Assembly (NCBI GenBank): GCA_963817915.1
Contig: CAWFQL010000017.1
Span: forward strand, 256,001-320,000
Direction: 5' to 3'
Origin: an uncultured candidate division Zixibacteria bacterium
Lineage (GTDB): Bacteria > Zixibacteria > MSB-5A5 > UBA10806
Length of the DNA stretch: 64,000 nucleotides
The number at the start of each line of letters is the position of its first letter. The first letter of the stretch is position 1. Shown one piece after another: positions 29,104-40,349 of the stretch. The notes beneath the pieces are model-generated. The model had not been told where the DNA came from. It was given only the letters and a program-made list of their open reading frames with translations, and searched no databases. A program made the translations under genes and the position numbers.

Positions 29104-29233
29104 ATCTACAATCGAATTCTTCCTATAATATCAGATGCTCTTTAGTGATTTTATCATAAAAACTCTTGCATAAATTTCAATATTGACCGATATAATAGTT
29201 GCAGAGCATTTTTGGGGAATTAGATTGTTTAAG

Positions 29234-31531
29234 ATGAAGCTTTTAAAGGAATTAGAGAAAGACACCAGGGACAAGATATTGGGGCTGCTCTTTGTGGCTC
29301 TTGCCCTTCTCCTTTTCATCAGCCTGCTCACCTACGATTTTACTGAAGATCACGTTAATCTACAGGCGGCCCTCAATGGCGGTTCGCTTACCGATGTCAT
29401 GGGGACATTGCATAATAGCGGAGGCCTGGTTGGAGCTCTTATAGCCTATTTTCTATTTTCTATCTTCGGATTTTGTGCCATAGCTGTTCCGATATCGCTG
29501 TCTGCATGGGGTGTAAATCGCTTTTTCGCGAAACCATCAACCGCGCAAGTGCGAAAATGGACGTTAATAATCGGCGGATTTATGCTGGCATTGATGACGC
29601 TCATTTCGCTTCCTCATGGCCAGGATTCGCTTGCCGGGCTTGGGGTAACATTTGGAGGAATTATAGGCCACGCCATCGCGTCTTTGCTCCTGACAATGTT
29701 CGGCGCGGTGTTCTCGTATACGCTGGTAATCTCGTCAATTATAACCGGATTAATGTTGGTTATTCCTTCGGCAATGAGCAAATGGAGCAACAAAGCGGCA
29801 ATAGTCGCTCGGACTATTTATTCCAAAATTGCCATTGCGATAAAGTCCCAAAAGAAGATCAAGACAACAGTAATGACTGAGAAGGCGGTATCGGTTGACA
29901 GTTCTTCCCATGAGAAGAAAGGTTTATTGAGAAAGCTCATCTTCATCAAGAAGAAAACGCCTGCCGTTGAAAACATCGCGGCCGATGCAGCGCAGCCGAC
30001 TATTCAGGAAGAAGAGGCCTCTTCTAATACTACAGATGATATCTCTCAAATGATCAAGGACAAGAAGGTGGTCAACCGTATCAAGCCGAAAATAACCCAA
30101 CAGGCGATCGGTTTGTATCATCTTCCAACCGTAGATCTTTTGGATGATCCCCCCGATGGCGGACCTGCAATCGATGAATCGTATTATCGAAAAACTGCGG
30201 AAGCGTTGAGACATACATTGCTGACATTCGGGGTCGAGATAGAGGGGGGAGAAGTAAATATATTCCCCGGCCCGATTATCACTCGATTTGAATTCAAGCC
30301 CGCCAGCGGTATTAAGGTTGCCCAAATCGTGAATCTTGCCGATGATCTGGCGCTATCGATGCAGGCGGAACGTATTAGAATTGTCGCGCCGATTCCGGGA
30401 AAACCGGCGGTTGGCGTGGAAATTCCCAATAAAGTTAAACGCGGAATTTTCGTTAAGGAAATTCTATCATCGAAGGCATTTAAGGAATCCGATTCCAAGC
30501 TGTTGATAGCGTTAGGGAAGACTATTTCCGGCGAATCGTACTGCGCCGATCTGGCAAAAATGCCTCACCTGCTTATCGCCGGTTCGACCGGCTCAGGAAA
30601 ATCGGTCTGCCTTAATTGTATTATCACGAGCCTGATCTTCAGGCTTCATCCGGATGAAATCAGATTTATATTGATCGATCCCAAGCGACTTGAGCTTTCA
30701 ATTTATGACGGCCTGCCCCATCTGGAAAAGCCGGTTGTTACCGAAATGAAAGATGCCGAAAAGCTCTTAACTGATGCGGTACTTGAAATGGAGAATCGTT
30801 ATAGAAAATTGGCGCGGGCTGGAGTGCGCAATATCACCGAATACAATCATAAAGAAAAAGAGGTTCTGCCGTATCTTGTGATTATAGTCGACGAGTTGGC
30901 GGATTTAATGATGACAGGCTCTAACCGGGTCGAATCATTGATCACTCGATTAGCGCAAATGGCGCGCGCGGTGGGAATTCATCTGATACTTGCCACTCAG
31001 AGGCCATCGGTCGATGTCATCACCGGATTGATTAAGGCCAATTTCTCTTCCCGAATAGCATTTCAGACAGCCTCGAAGGTCGATTCCAGAACAATTCTTG
31101 ACGCAAACGGTGCAGAAAAGCTTTTGGGCCGCGGCGATATGCTCTTCTCAAGCCCGGGTTTCCCGGAAGCCATGAGGATACATGGTGCATATATATCCGG
31201 CGGGGAAACAGAACGATTAGTCGATTATATCAGCCAGCAGGAATATCGAACCCGGCCAATTGAGACATTCGAAAAAAGCCTTTCCGATACGATTCCAGGA
31301 TTCGATCCGGCATCCGATCCGCTATTCAATGAAGCAATCGAATTGGTTATCCGACACAAGCAAGGTTCGGTTTCACTGTTGCAGAGACGATTGGGTGTTG
31401 GATACCAACGAGCGGCACGGCTGATAGATCAACTCGAACAGGCGGGGGTCGTTGGGCCCTATGACGGCAGCAAAGCACGCGAAGTGCTGGTCGATGAAAC
31501 CTATCTCAGTTCAAGAGAGAAGCGAAGTTGA
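29234..31531 (+). CDS. ftsK: DNA translocase FtsK
   Basis: N-terminal TM segments, PHLLIAGSTGSGKS, IVDELADLM, LATQRPS, gamma domain SLLQRRLGVGYQRAAR. Confidence 0.95.
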   Translation: MKLLKELEKDTRDKILGLLFVALALLLFISLLTYDFTEDHVNLQAALNGGSLTDVMGTLHNSGGLVGALIAYFLFSIFGFCAIAVPISLSAWGVNRFFAKPSTAQVRKWTLIIGGFMLALMTLISLPHGQDSLAGLGVTFGGIIGHAIASLLLTMFGAVFSYTLVISSIITGLMLVIPSAMSKWSNKAAIVARTIYSKIAIAIKSQKKIKTTVMTEKAVSVDSSSHEKKGLLRKLIFIKKKTPAVENIAADAAQPTIQEEEASSNTTDDISQMIKDKKVVNRIKPKITQQAIGLYHLPTVDLLDDPPDGGPAIDESYYRKTAEALRHTLLTFGVEIEGGEVNIFPGPIITRFEFKPASGIKVAQIVNLADDLALSMQAERIRIVAPIPGKPAVGVEIPNKVKRGIFVKEILSSKAFKESDSKLLIALGKTISGESYCADLAKMPHLLIAGSTGSGKSVCLNCIITSLIFRLHPDEIRFILIDPKRLELSIYDGLPHLEKPVVTEMKDAEKLLTDAVLEMENRYRKLARAGVRNITEYNHKEKEVLPYLVIIVDELADLMMTGSNRVESLITRLAQMARAVGIHLILATQRPSVDVITGLIKANFSSRIAFQTASKVDSRTILDANGAEKLLGRGDMLFSSPGFPEAMRIHGAYISGGETERLVDYISQQEYRTRPIETFEKSLSDTIPGFDPASDPLFNEAIELVIRHKQGSVSLLQRRLGVGYQRAARLIDQLEQAGVVGPYDGSKAREVLVDETYLSSREKRS

Positions 31532-32112
31532 GTTTTTTTCTAGCCCTAATAGTTTTTATAAATTCTCCCGATTCCACAGCTTTTGATAAAATTGCGCGTC
31601 TGTATTCATCCGCTTCGGGAATTTCCTGGACAATTCAATCGATTACGAATTCAACTGTTTTTGAAGAATCGGATACATCCGAAGTCATTTTCAAATTTAA
31701 CCCGCCTGATACCATATATATGAAAAGCGAAGTCGAGGAAATAATCGGTATCGGCGACACTCTCTGGACGATGTCGAAAAAAAATAAGCAGATCCAGAAA
31801 AAACTGATGGGCGATTTCGTGATGCCGTCGGATTTGATAATCGGTTGGGATAGACAGTATGAATTGGCAAAAGTTACCGCAAACGACGGCACTCGTGAAT
31901 TTCAGCTAATGGGGAAAAAGGGAGTATTCCCGTCGGAGGTTCGTATAGTCGCGAATCCGGAAAATAAAATAGTAAAAATATTGTACAAGAATTCAGCAGG
32001 CGACGATGTCACTTTAACCGTAAAAAAAGAAAAACTCAAGCATTCCAATGATATTAGTTATTTTTATAAAAATATTCCACCTGGATATAAATTCTTAGAC
32101 ATTATCGAATAA
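31528..32112 (+). CDS. LolA-like outer-membrane lipoprotein carrier
   Basis: Directly after ftsK; beta-rich; GDTLWTM...KQI and F..IPPG tail typical of the LolA fold. Confidence 0.6.
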   Translation: MSFFLALIVFINSPDSTAFDKIARLYSSASGISWTIQSITNSTVFEESDTSEVIFKFNPPDTIYMKSEVEEIIGIGDTLWTMSKKNKQIQKKLMGDFVMPSDLIIGWDRQYELAKVTANDGTREFQLMGKKGVFPSEVRIVANPENKIVKILYKNSAGDDVTLTVKKEKLKHSNDISYFYKNIPPGYKFLDIIE

Positions 32113-32223
32113 GCAAAAAAATAAATCCATATTTTCTTATCTATTGGCGCTTTAAATGCGTATATTGTTGTATATGTCCGGCCGCTGATTAATTATAGGC
32201 CTCGAATTTATTGGAAGGATATT

Positions 32224-33522
32224 TTGAAAAAGACTTATTACCTGGCAACATTGGGATGCCCCAAAAATGACGTCGATTCTGAAGGCTTGGGGGCTGATCT
32301 TATTTCGGCCGGGATGAGCAGTGTCGATGACCCCGAGCAGGCCGACCTGCTTTTGGTCAATAGCTGCGCTTTTATTGAAGATGCCAAGATAGAGACTCTC
32401 GATACGGTTTTTGGCCTCCATAAGATCAGGAAAAAAGGTTCGACCCTTGTCCTATGCGGCTGTCTGCCGGCAAGATATAATCTCGACAGCGAATTAAAGG
32501 AAGTCGATCTGTTTCTGAGTTCAAAAGAGCATTCGGAGCTTATAGAACGTCTCAATAGATTAGGCTGGAAGCTCGAAAACCACAAAGCAAAGCCGCCTCG
32601 ATTGGCGCCAATATTGCCATTTAGCTATTTGAAGATTTCAGAAGGATGTGATAATCGTTGCAGCTATTGCGCTATTCCGGATATCAAAGGGCCATTCACG
32701 AGCAGGCCGAAATCGGAAATACTCAATGAAGCCGAATTTCTCAATTCAAAAAATGTCAAGGAATTGACATTGATCGGACAGGACACCACTCTTTATGGCA
32801 AGGACTTCAACGATGGCTATTCATTGTCCCATTTGTTAAAGGATCTGACGCAATTCGATTCAATCAGATGGATTCGATTAATTTACGCTCACCCGGCGCA
32901 TCTCGATAACGAGACTATCGCAGTTATCAGCCAAAGTGAAAGAATAGTAAAATATATTGATTTACCGTTGCAGCATGTCAATGATCGGATTCTAAGATTA
33001 ATGAATCGCAGAACCGATAAGAATAGTATTGAATCCTTAATCCGAAAACTTAGGGCGAAAATGCCGGAAATTGTGCTAAGATCGACATTCATTGTGGGAT
33101 TCCCCGGCGAAACCGAAAAGGAATTTGGAGAGCTTTTGGATTTTATTGAGGAATTTGAATTGGATAATGTTGGTGTTTTTAAATATTCGCCTGAGGAAGG
33201 CACACCAGCATTCAGGCTTTCCGACCGAATCGATTCATCGGTTATCGATGAAAGATACTTGACTCTTTTGGACCTTCAAAATAATATCTCTGCGGCGAAG
33301 CTTGCCGGACGAGTCGGCCGGACAGAGACGGTGCTCCTGCATGAGATCGATAGTGAAGGAACCGGCATAGCCAGAGGATGGTTTCAAGCGCCTGAAGTAG
33401 ACGGGAATGTTTTTGTAGAAAATTGTACAGAGGAACCGGGGAATTTCATTGATGTCGAAATTAAAAAGGCGGATGCCTATGACCTTTACGCGGTTCAAGT
33501 TCGATCAAAGGATAACAATTGA
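32224..33522 (+). CDS. rimO: Ribosomal protein S12 methylthiotransferase
   Basis: LGCPKN, NSCAFI, YLKISEGCDNRCSYCAIP, APEVDG; TRAM domain. Confidence 0.9.
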   Translation: MKKTYYLATLGCPKNDVDSEGLGADLISAGMSSVDDPEQADLLLVNSCAFIEDAKIETLDTVFGLHKIRKKGSTLVLCGCLPARYNLDSELKEVDLFLSSKEHSELIERLNRLGWKLENHKAKPPRLAPILPFSYLKISEGCDNRCSYCAIPDIKGPFTSRPKSEILNEAEFLNSKNVKELTLIGQDTTLYGKDFNDGYSLSHLLKDLTQFDSIRWIRLIYAHPAHLDNETIAVISQSERIVKYIDLPLQHVNDRILRLMNRRTDKNSIESLIRKLRAKMPEIVLRSTFIVGFPGETEKEFGELLDFIEEFELDNVGVFKYSPEEGTPAFRLSDRIDSSVIDERYLTLLDLQNNISAAKLAGRVGRTETVLLHEIDSEGTGIARGWFQAPEVDGNVFVENCTEEPGNFIDVEIKKADAYDLYAVQVRSKDNN

Positions 33523-34181
33523 CTATCCTGACAAAGAATAAATACAAAAGCACGGGGCTTTTTATCTCGAGGCCTGTCGGGGTTGTGTTTTTTGTGATTT
33601 ATATCATTCAAGCGGCCATTATTGTCTGGTTGGTTCTGGCTTTTATGAAAAATAATAAGACAATAATGGAGCAAAAGCAAAAAATCGAAGAGCTCGAGCA
33701 AAAAGTCAAAATACTTGATATCATTGAAGAATATCAAATCGGATTTAATGACAATGAAGTTGGGCAGTTGACTAATGTTATTTATGATGAGAGCAAGAAA
33801 TTCAGCATAGACCCTTTGCTTATTTTGGCAGTAATAATCGCCGAGAGTTCATTTAAAAGACATCAGGAATCGAGCATGGGAGCCGAAGGATTGATGCAGG
33901 TTATGCCATCGGTAGGTAAGGATGTGGCAGAAAAATGGCGAATAGAATGGCCGCAGAAACTCGACCTTAATAACCCGGGACTCAATATAAAAGTTGGGAC
34001 TGCCTATCTCTTTCAGATGATTCTAAAATTCAAGGATATTAAAAAGGCGTTAATCGCATATAATATGGGCGAGGGCGTGACCGATGAGTACATCCAGTTC
34101 AACGCCGCCCTTCCGCTGCAATACTATAAGAAAGTTGTAAAAATTTACAAAACCCTCCGGAGCCGTTTTGAGACCAAATAA
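33519..34181 (+). CDS. Membrane-anchored lytic transglycosylase (SLT domain)
   Basis: TM helix plus coiled coil; VIIAESSF, GAEGLMQVMP, ALIAYNMG. Confidence 0.88.
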   Translation: MTILTKNKYKSTGLFISRPVGVVFFVIYIIQAAIIVWLVLAFMKNNKTIMEQKQKIEELEQKVKILDIIEEYQIGFNDNEVGQLTNVIYDESKKFSIDPLLILAVIIAESSFKRHQESSMGAEGLMQVMPSVGKDVAEKWRIEWPQKLDLNNPGLNIKVGTAYLFQMILKFKDIKKALIAYNMGEGVTDEYIQFNAALPLQYYKKVVKIYKTLRSRFETK

Positions 34182-34779
34182 GGTAATCCCCGTATTTACA
34201 GCAATATTAATATCATCGTTGGCAGGAACCTCGGCTTACTGCCAGCCCCAAAGCAACGAACAGTTCGTGATGGAATCTGTATCGAAAGCTGTCAATGATA
34301 ATGTTGAATTATCCGGAATAAGCAGGATTTTATTGTCCGATGATAGCACCGGGATAAATCGTCCTATCTTATTCGGAATTGTTCAGGCGCTCAGCGGCAA
34401 AGGAATTTTATCCGTATTCGGTCCAACGTCAGATACTACTGATGCCGAGTTAAGTTTTAAAATATCCGGATTGGATTTTCATTACGCTAAAGGTTCCTCG
34501 ATGGGTTTTTTGAAAAAACATAGAATCAAACGGGAACTGCAGGGCCAGATCATGATTACAATAAAAAGAAGCGCTGACAATGCGGCTCTGGTAATGAAGT
34601 CAGTTGAATTTTCTAATAATGATGATATTGAACCGGAAGCTTTGAATTTTGTTAAAAGCCGCGATATTGTGGAATTGGCGCCGCAAGCGCCATCATCTCG
34701 ATGGTCTAAATTTCTTGAACCTGCACTTGTGACAATTTCAGTTGGCGCATTGGTTTATCTTTTCTTTGCCAATAGATGA
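34168..34779 (+). CDS. Hypothetical protein with signal peptide and C-terminal TM helix
   Basis: 203-aa ORF overlapping both neighbours in an operon. Confidence 0.65.
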   Translation: MRPNKVIPVFTAILISSLAGTSAYCQPQSNEQFVMESVSKAVNDNVELSGISRILLSDDSTGINRPILFGIVQALSGKGILSVFGPTSDTTDAELSFKISGLDFHYAKGSSMGFLKKHRIKRELQGQIMITIKRSADNAALVMKSVEFSNNDDIEPEALNFVKSRDIVELAPQAPSSRWSKFLEPALVTISVGALVYLFFANR

Positions 34780-34786
34780 GGAGATT

Positions 34787-35554
34787 ATGAAAGTTTTAAT
34801 TGCTGTTCTTATTTCAGTTACGAGTATATCAACAATCATTATCGGATGCTCACGATCCGCTATGCGGGATCAGGCTACGCCTCACGGGCAATTTGATAAT
34901 GCAATGGATCTTTATAATCGTAAAAAATATTTCAAAGCCCAGGTGGAATTTCAGAGGATAATTTATAGTTTCCCCGGCCAGTCATTCAGCGATACGGCCC
35001 TATATTATCTCGGAATGTCTTTATACGGCATGAAGAGCTATTCCGAGGCGACCTCGGAATTTGAGAAAATGCTCAATGCCTATTCGTCATCGCCATTGGC
35101 GGATAAGGCCCAATATCAACTCGCTATGTGTCACTACAATGACTCTCCCGGGTACGCGCTGGACCAGGCGGAAACATTCGAAGCGATAGATCAATTCAGT
35201 ACGCTTTTGAGTAAATATCCTATGAGCCCATTGGTTCCGGACGCTAGAGATAAATTAGATAAATTAAATGACAAATTAGCCAAGAAGCTCTATAAGGCTG
35301 GAGAGATTTATCTGAAATTGGACGATTACAATCCGGCTTTGCTTTATTTTTATAATGTCCGGGATAATTATCCCAATACTGAATGGGCGCAATATTCGTT
35401 CTTTTACTCAGGCGTTGCGCAGATGAAACTAGGCAAAAACACAGAAGCGCTAGAAACATTCCAGAATTTTATTACGGCATTTCCCAACAATAAGCTTGTC
35501 TCAAAAGCTCATAAATATATTGCCCGAATAAAACCCCAAGAAGCCGGAGGCTGA
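34787..35554 (+). CDS. bamD: Outer membrane protein assembly factor BamD
   Basis: GAGGAG SD; lipobox IIIGC; TPRs; SPGYALDQAET...YPMSPLVPDA; LAKKLY. Confidence 0.85.
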   Translation: MKVLIAVLISVTSISTIIIGCSRSAMRDQATPHGQFDNAMDLYNRKKYFKAQVEFQRIIYSFPGQSFSDTALYYLGMSLYGMKSYSEATSEFEKMLNAYSSSPLADKAQYQLAMCHYNDSPGYALDQAETFEAIDQFSTLLSKYPMSPLVPDARDKLDKLNDKLAKKLYKAGEIYLKLDDYNPALLYFYNVRDNYPNTEWAQYSFFYSGVAQMKLGKNTEALETFQNFITAFPNNKLVSKAHKYIARIKPQEAGG

Positions 35555-35557
35555 ACT

Positions 35558-36140
35558 TTGGCTCGGATCGGTATACTCGGGGGTACTTTCGATCCGCCGC
35601 ATAACGGCCATATTGCATTAGCGTTCGCGGCTCTGGCTCAGCTACAACTGGATAGGATAATTTTTATTCCGGCCAATAAGCCTCCACATAAGCCGGAAAC
35701 TGTAATTTCATCCGCAAATGACAGACTCAATATGCTGCGGCTGGCCATAGATTCGATAAAGGATTTTGACCTTTCCGAAATAGAATTACATCGGCCGGGG
35801 AATTCTTATACGATTGAAACATTATCGGAGCTTAAAGCAGTTTATCCTGACGATGAGTTTTATTTTATAATAGGAGCTGATAATGTTGCCGAAATGGAAG
35901 GATGGCATAAGCCCGAAGAGATTTTCAAATTGGCTACAATAGCGGCGGCCAACAGACCGGGCTATATGACCCAAAGGCAGGTTTGCCGATAAAGTCAAAT
36001 ACTTTGAGATGCCTTTAAAAGATATATCATCGACTGCGATTAGAGCGTTGGTAAGTGCCGGTAAATCGATACACGAACTTGTGCCGGACGCAGTAGAGAA
36101 ATATATTTATAAGCATCACCTTTATGGAGCCAATGGATAG
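35558..36140 (+). CDS. nadD: Nicotinate-nucleotide adenylyltransferase; apparent frameshift near 35969
   Basis: [24 protein letters not shown]. The C-terminal DISSTAIR...[15 protein letters not shown] is in the shifted frame. Confidence 0.88.
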
Positions 36141-38821
36141 ACTGATATTAATCGACGGTTCCGCCGTCGCCTACCGCAGCTATTTCGCATTTATACGGAA
36201 TCCTTTGATCAATTCACGCGGTGAAAATACCGGGGCGATATTTGGCTTTGTCAATTCCATTACAAAGATTATCAATGATTTCAAGCCTCAATATTTCGGT
36301 GTTGTCTTTGATACTCCTGTACCGACATTCCGACATGAATATTATCCCGAATATAAATCGACCCGCGCGAAAACGCCTTTCGAATTAATAGAACAGTTTC
36401 CGTGGATCGATCAGGCGATTCTCGGATTCAATATTCCGGTTATCAAGATGGACGGCTACGAAGCTGATGACGTAATCGGAACTTTGGCCCAGCAAGCGGC
36501 GGGTCAGGGGTTAGAAGTGTTGATGTTTACAGGAGATAAGGATTATTATCAGCTTGTAAACGATAAAATCAAGATACTCCATCCCAAGGATTTTTCGATT
36601 ATAGATTCGGCCGGTGTTAAGGAAAAATTCGGCGTCCCGCCTGAGAAAGTCATAGATACGTTGGCCTTGATGGGTGATACTGCTGATAATATTCCGGGTG
36701 TTGCCGGGGTCGGGCCGAAAACCGCTATTTCGCTGATTGAGGAGTTCGGCGACCTCGACAATGTTCTCGAAAAGGGGCCCACAGAGAAAAAAGGCAAACT
36801 GGCTGAATCTTTATCCAAATACAAAGACCAGGCGATTTTATCTAGACGATTAGCCACCATAAAACTTGATTGCCCGATTCAACTCGAATTGGATAAATTG
36901 ATAATCGAGGAGCCGGACTATAAAACGTTGGCCGAGCTTTTCCGCCGACTGGAATTCAAGAATCTTGCCGATAAATACGCGTCGACCAAAGCCGAAAGTC
37001 TTTTCCAGAACGAAACCAAATCCGCCGCTTCTGATTATCGAACAATAGACAAAATAGAAGAACTGGATTCGGTCTTAGATAGAGATTGCAGAAAAAGAGG
37101 AATTCGCATTAGATACTGAAACCACTTCGATCTCGGCCTTAGACGCGAAATTGGTCGGAATATCTTTATCTTTCGAGGCGAAGACAGGATTCTATATTCC
37201 ACTGGGTCACAATGGCTACCATAACTTACCGTTGGAAGATGTCTTGAATCGATTCAGTAAGCTTTTTCAAACGGATATAAAAGTTATCGGCCAAAATATA
37301 AAATATGATCGTCAGGTGCTCAAGAATCACGGTCTCCATCTGGATAAACCGTCATTCGATACAATGATAGCGGCATATCTTGTCGATCCCGGCAAGCGAA
37401 TCTACAATCTCGATTCAATGGCGCTCGAGCATTTTAATTATAAAATGATGCCGATCACTGATTTAATCGGGACGGGCAAGAAGCAATTGAATTTTTCCAT
37501 GGTGAATGTCGAAAAGGCCACATTTTATTCCAGCGAGGATGCTGACTATACCTTAAGGCTGAAAAATATATTCGCGCCGAAGTTGATAGAATTAAAATTA
37601 GATTCGCTTTTTGATAATATAGAGATGCCGCTTCTACCGGTTCTCGGAGATATGGAAGAAGTTGGAGTCAGGATCGATTCCGAATTTCTGGGTCAGCTCT
37701 CACACGAATACGGCAAGAAAATGAAGAATGTCGAAAAAGAAATATTCGATGAAGTGGGCGAAGAATTCAATCTTAATTCGCCTCAGCAATTGGCCAAGAT
37801 ACTTTTCGAAAAACTGAAACTTACGTCGTCGCGACGCACCGCCAAGGGCGGCGCGCTGGCCACATCGGTGGATATTCTTGAAAAACTCGCGGAGACCCAT
37901 CCGGTTCCCCGATTGGTTCTCGAGTACCGGCAATTGACGAAATTAAAATCGACCTATATCGACGCGCTTCCGGCGATTGTAAATAAAAGAACGGGAAGAG
38001 TGCATACGAGCTTTAATCAAACCATAGCTGCCACCGGCAGGCTTTCATCGACTGATCCAAATCTCCAGAATATCCCAGTTCGCACCGATGAGGGCAGGGA
38101 GATTAGACGCGCGTTTATACCCAAAGATGATAATTTCAAGATTATGTCAGCAGATTATTCTCAAATCGAATTAAGAATAATGGCACATTTCGCCAATGAT
38201 GAAACGATGATCAAATCGTTTGAGCTTGGCGAGGATATTCATCGCAGGACAGCCGCCGAAGTATATGGAGTGGATATTCGCGATGTCACCGATGAACAAA
38301 GGCGTTCGGCGAAAACCGCTAATTTCGCCATAATCTACGGAGTCTCGGCGTACGGGCTATCTCAACAATCTGAATTGACTCTGAATGAATCGAAGGATTT
38401 CATAGATATCTATTTTGAACGATACCCCGGAATAAAAAAATACATGGAGGACATCAAGAATTTCGCCCGCGAGCATGGGTATGTATCCACGCTGTTTGAT
38501 CGGCGGCGCTATCTACCGGATATCCTCGCCAAGTCAGCGCAGGCACGCCAATTTGCGGAAAGAACAGCGATCAATACTCCGATTCAGGGAACTGCCGCCG
38601 ATATGATTAAAATCGCTATGATCAAAATCGCGGACTTAATCGGAAATTTCAAATCCAAAATGATATTGCAGGTACATGACGAGCTGGTTTTCGACGCTCA
38701 CAAAGATGAAGTGGATTCTCTGCGAAATATAGTAAAGCAGGAAATGGAGAATGCTGTTAAACTAAAGGCGCCGATCAGGGTAGATATCACAGTCGGAGAT
38801 AATTGGCTTGAGGCCAAATAA
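36133..38821 (+). CDS. polA: DNA polymerase I; apparent frameshift near 37081
   Basis: 5'-3' exonuclease ([23 protein letters not shown]). The shifted frame gives FALDTETT (3'-5' exo I) and continues into [21 protein letters not shown]. Confidence 0.93.
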
Positions 38822-38861
38822 TATTTGCAGAATTTTAATTCTCATCATATGAAGCTTTAGC

Positions 38862-39467
38862 ATGATTGTAATTGGATTAACAGGAGGACCCGGTACCGGC
38901 AAGACATTGGCGTCCGGATTTCTTAAGGAGAAAGGCGCGATTATTCTTTCGGGCGATGATGCTGGAAGGAAGGCTGTAGAAAAAAACCCAAAAATTCTTA
39001 AACGGCTGATTCGAGTCTTTAGCATGACGATCCTAACGCCCAATAGCCATTTAAACCGCCGGAAATTGGGAACATTAGTATTTTCCAATGTTGAAGCCCG
39101 TCAGAAATTAAACGAGATAGTTCATCCTGAACTCCTGAAACTTCTAAAAGCAGATCTGCTTAAATATAAGAAAAATAAAAGAATCCAATTAATAGTCATA
39201 GACGCCGCGCTGATCTTCGAATGGGGAATCGCGGACTGGTGCGATTATATTGTGGTTGTCACTGCCAAAAGAGATGTTCGTATTAAACGGATGATGCTCA
39301 ATGGGCTTTCCCGCGCCGATGCGATTAATAGAATAGCATCTCAAATTCCTCAAAAGGAAAAAGAGGCCCTGGCGGATTATGTAATAGTCAACAACGGAAC
39401 CAAAGCTGAACTAAAAAGAAAAATATCCAAGTTTTTGATAGAATTAAAAAAGGCTAAAAATCGATAG
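38862..39467 (+). CDS. coaE: Dephospho-CoA kinase
   Basis: IGLTGGPGTGKT, LNEIVHP, DAALIFE, ADYVIVNNG; follows polA. Confidence 0.9.
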   Translation: MIVIGLTGGPGTGKTLASGFLKEKGAIILSGDDAGRKAVEKNPKILKRLIRVFSMTILTPNSHLNRRKLGTLVFSNVEARQKLNEIVHPELLKLLKADLLKYKKNKRIQLIVIDAALIFEWGIADWCDYIVVVTAKRDVRIKRMMLNGLSRADAINRIASQIPQKEKEALADYVIVNNGTKAELKRKISKFLIELKKAKNR

Positions 39468-39623
39468 CCTGGCTGGCCCGTATATCTAAATTTACAATCA
39501 TTCGATAAAATCCTATAAATTATTTTCAAAACGATTTAAAAATCCAATTACTTGTCTGATATCTGTTATTTTTAGAATCGATTTTCTCTTGATAATATTA
39601 ATATTAATCTATTAAATAGATTT

Positions 39624-40307
39624 ATGCATATCTGGGGTTTTTTAGTCAATAGTTTAACGGTTATAGCCGGCTCGATTTTAGGTCGTCTGCTTAGTTCGAG
39701 AATGCCTGAATCGTTGAAAAAAATAATCCTTTCCGCTTTGGGACTGTCTACCATATTGATTGGAGCGCAGATGGCCTTAGGCACGGAAAAGATGATAACC
39801 GTCATAGGTTCATTGATTGCAGGCGGTATCATAGGACAATTGATAGGCATCGAAGAATGGCTCGAAAGAATCGGCGAAATTCTGCAAAAAAGAGTGAAGA
39901 CTACTTCAAGTACATTCGTGCCTGGGTTTGTCACCGCATCACTATTATTCTGCACCGGGCCCATGACGATTGTCGGATCGCTTCAGGATGGTTTCGCTCG
40001 AATTGGAAATTTAGTTTATATAAAATCGATAATGGATGGTGTCGCTGCGATAGCATTGGCCGCGAGCCTCGGCATAGGCGTGCTATTTTCAACATTAACA
40101 GTCTTTGTTATTCAGGGCGCTTTGACATTGGTGGGTGTATTGGTTGGCGGATCATTGGATAAGATGATTTTGAATGAAATAAGCGCCACTGGCGGCATAT
40201 TGATCCTTGGACTCGGATTCAATATTTTAGGGATTGCTAAAATAAAGGTCGGCAATCTTCTCCCGGCATTATTCATTGTAGGGCCTTTGGTCTGGTATTT
40301 CGCATAA
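39624..40307 (+). CDS. DUF554 family membrane protein
   Basis: GFVTASLLFCTGPMTIVGSLQDG, KSIMDG, IKVGNLLPAL. Confidence 0.85.
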   Translation: MHIWGFLVNSLTVIAGSILGRLLSSRMPESLKKIILSALGLSTILIGAQMALGTEKMITVIGSLIAGGIIGQLIGIEEWLERIGEILQKRVKTTSSTFVPGFVTASLLFCTGPMTIVGSLQDGFARIGNLVYIKSIMDGVAAIALAASLGIGVLFSTLTVFVIQGALTLVGVLVGGSLDKMILNEISATGGILILGLGFNILGIAKIKVGNLLPALFIVGPLVWYFA

Positions 40308-40349
40308 ATTGGAACTGTCAAATAAAGTAGTTTTGTTAAAGGAGGTAGA

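Noticed and set aside
37060..37150. Naturally split polA or programmed frameshift
   Set aside because: No clear slippery heptamer with a stimulatory structure at the junction, no good SD or start before the DTETT motif, and many similar indels occur across the window.
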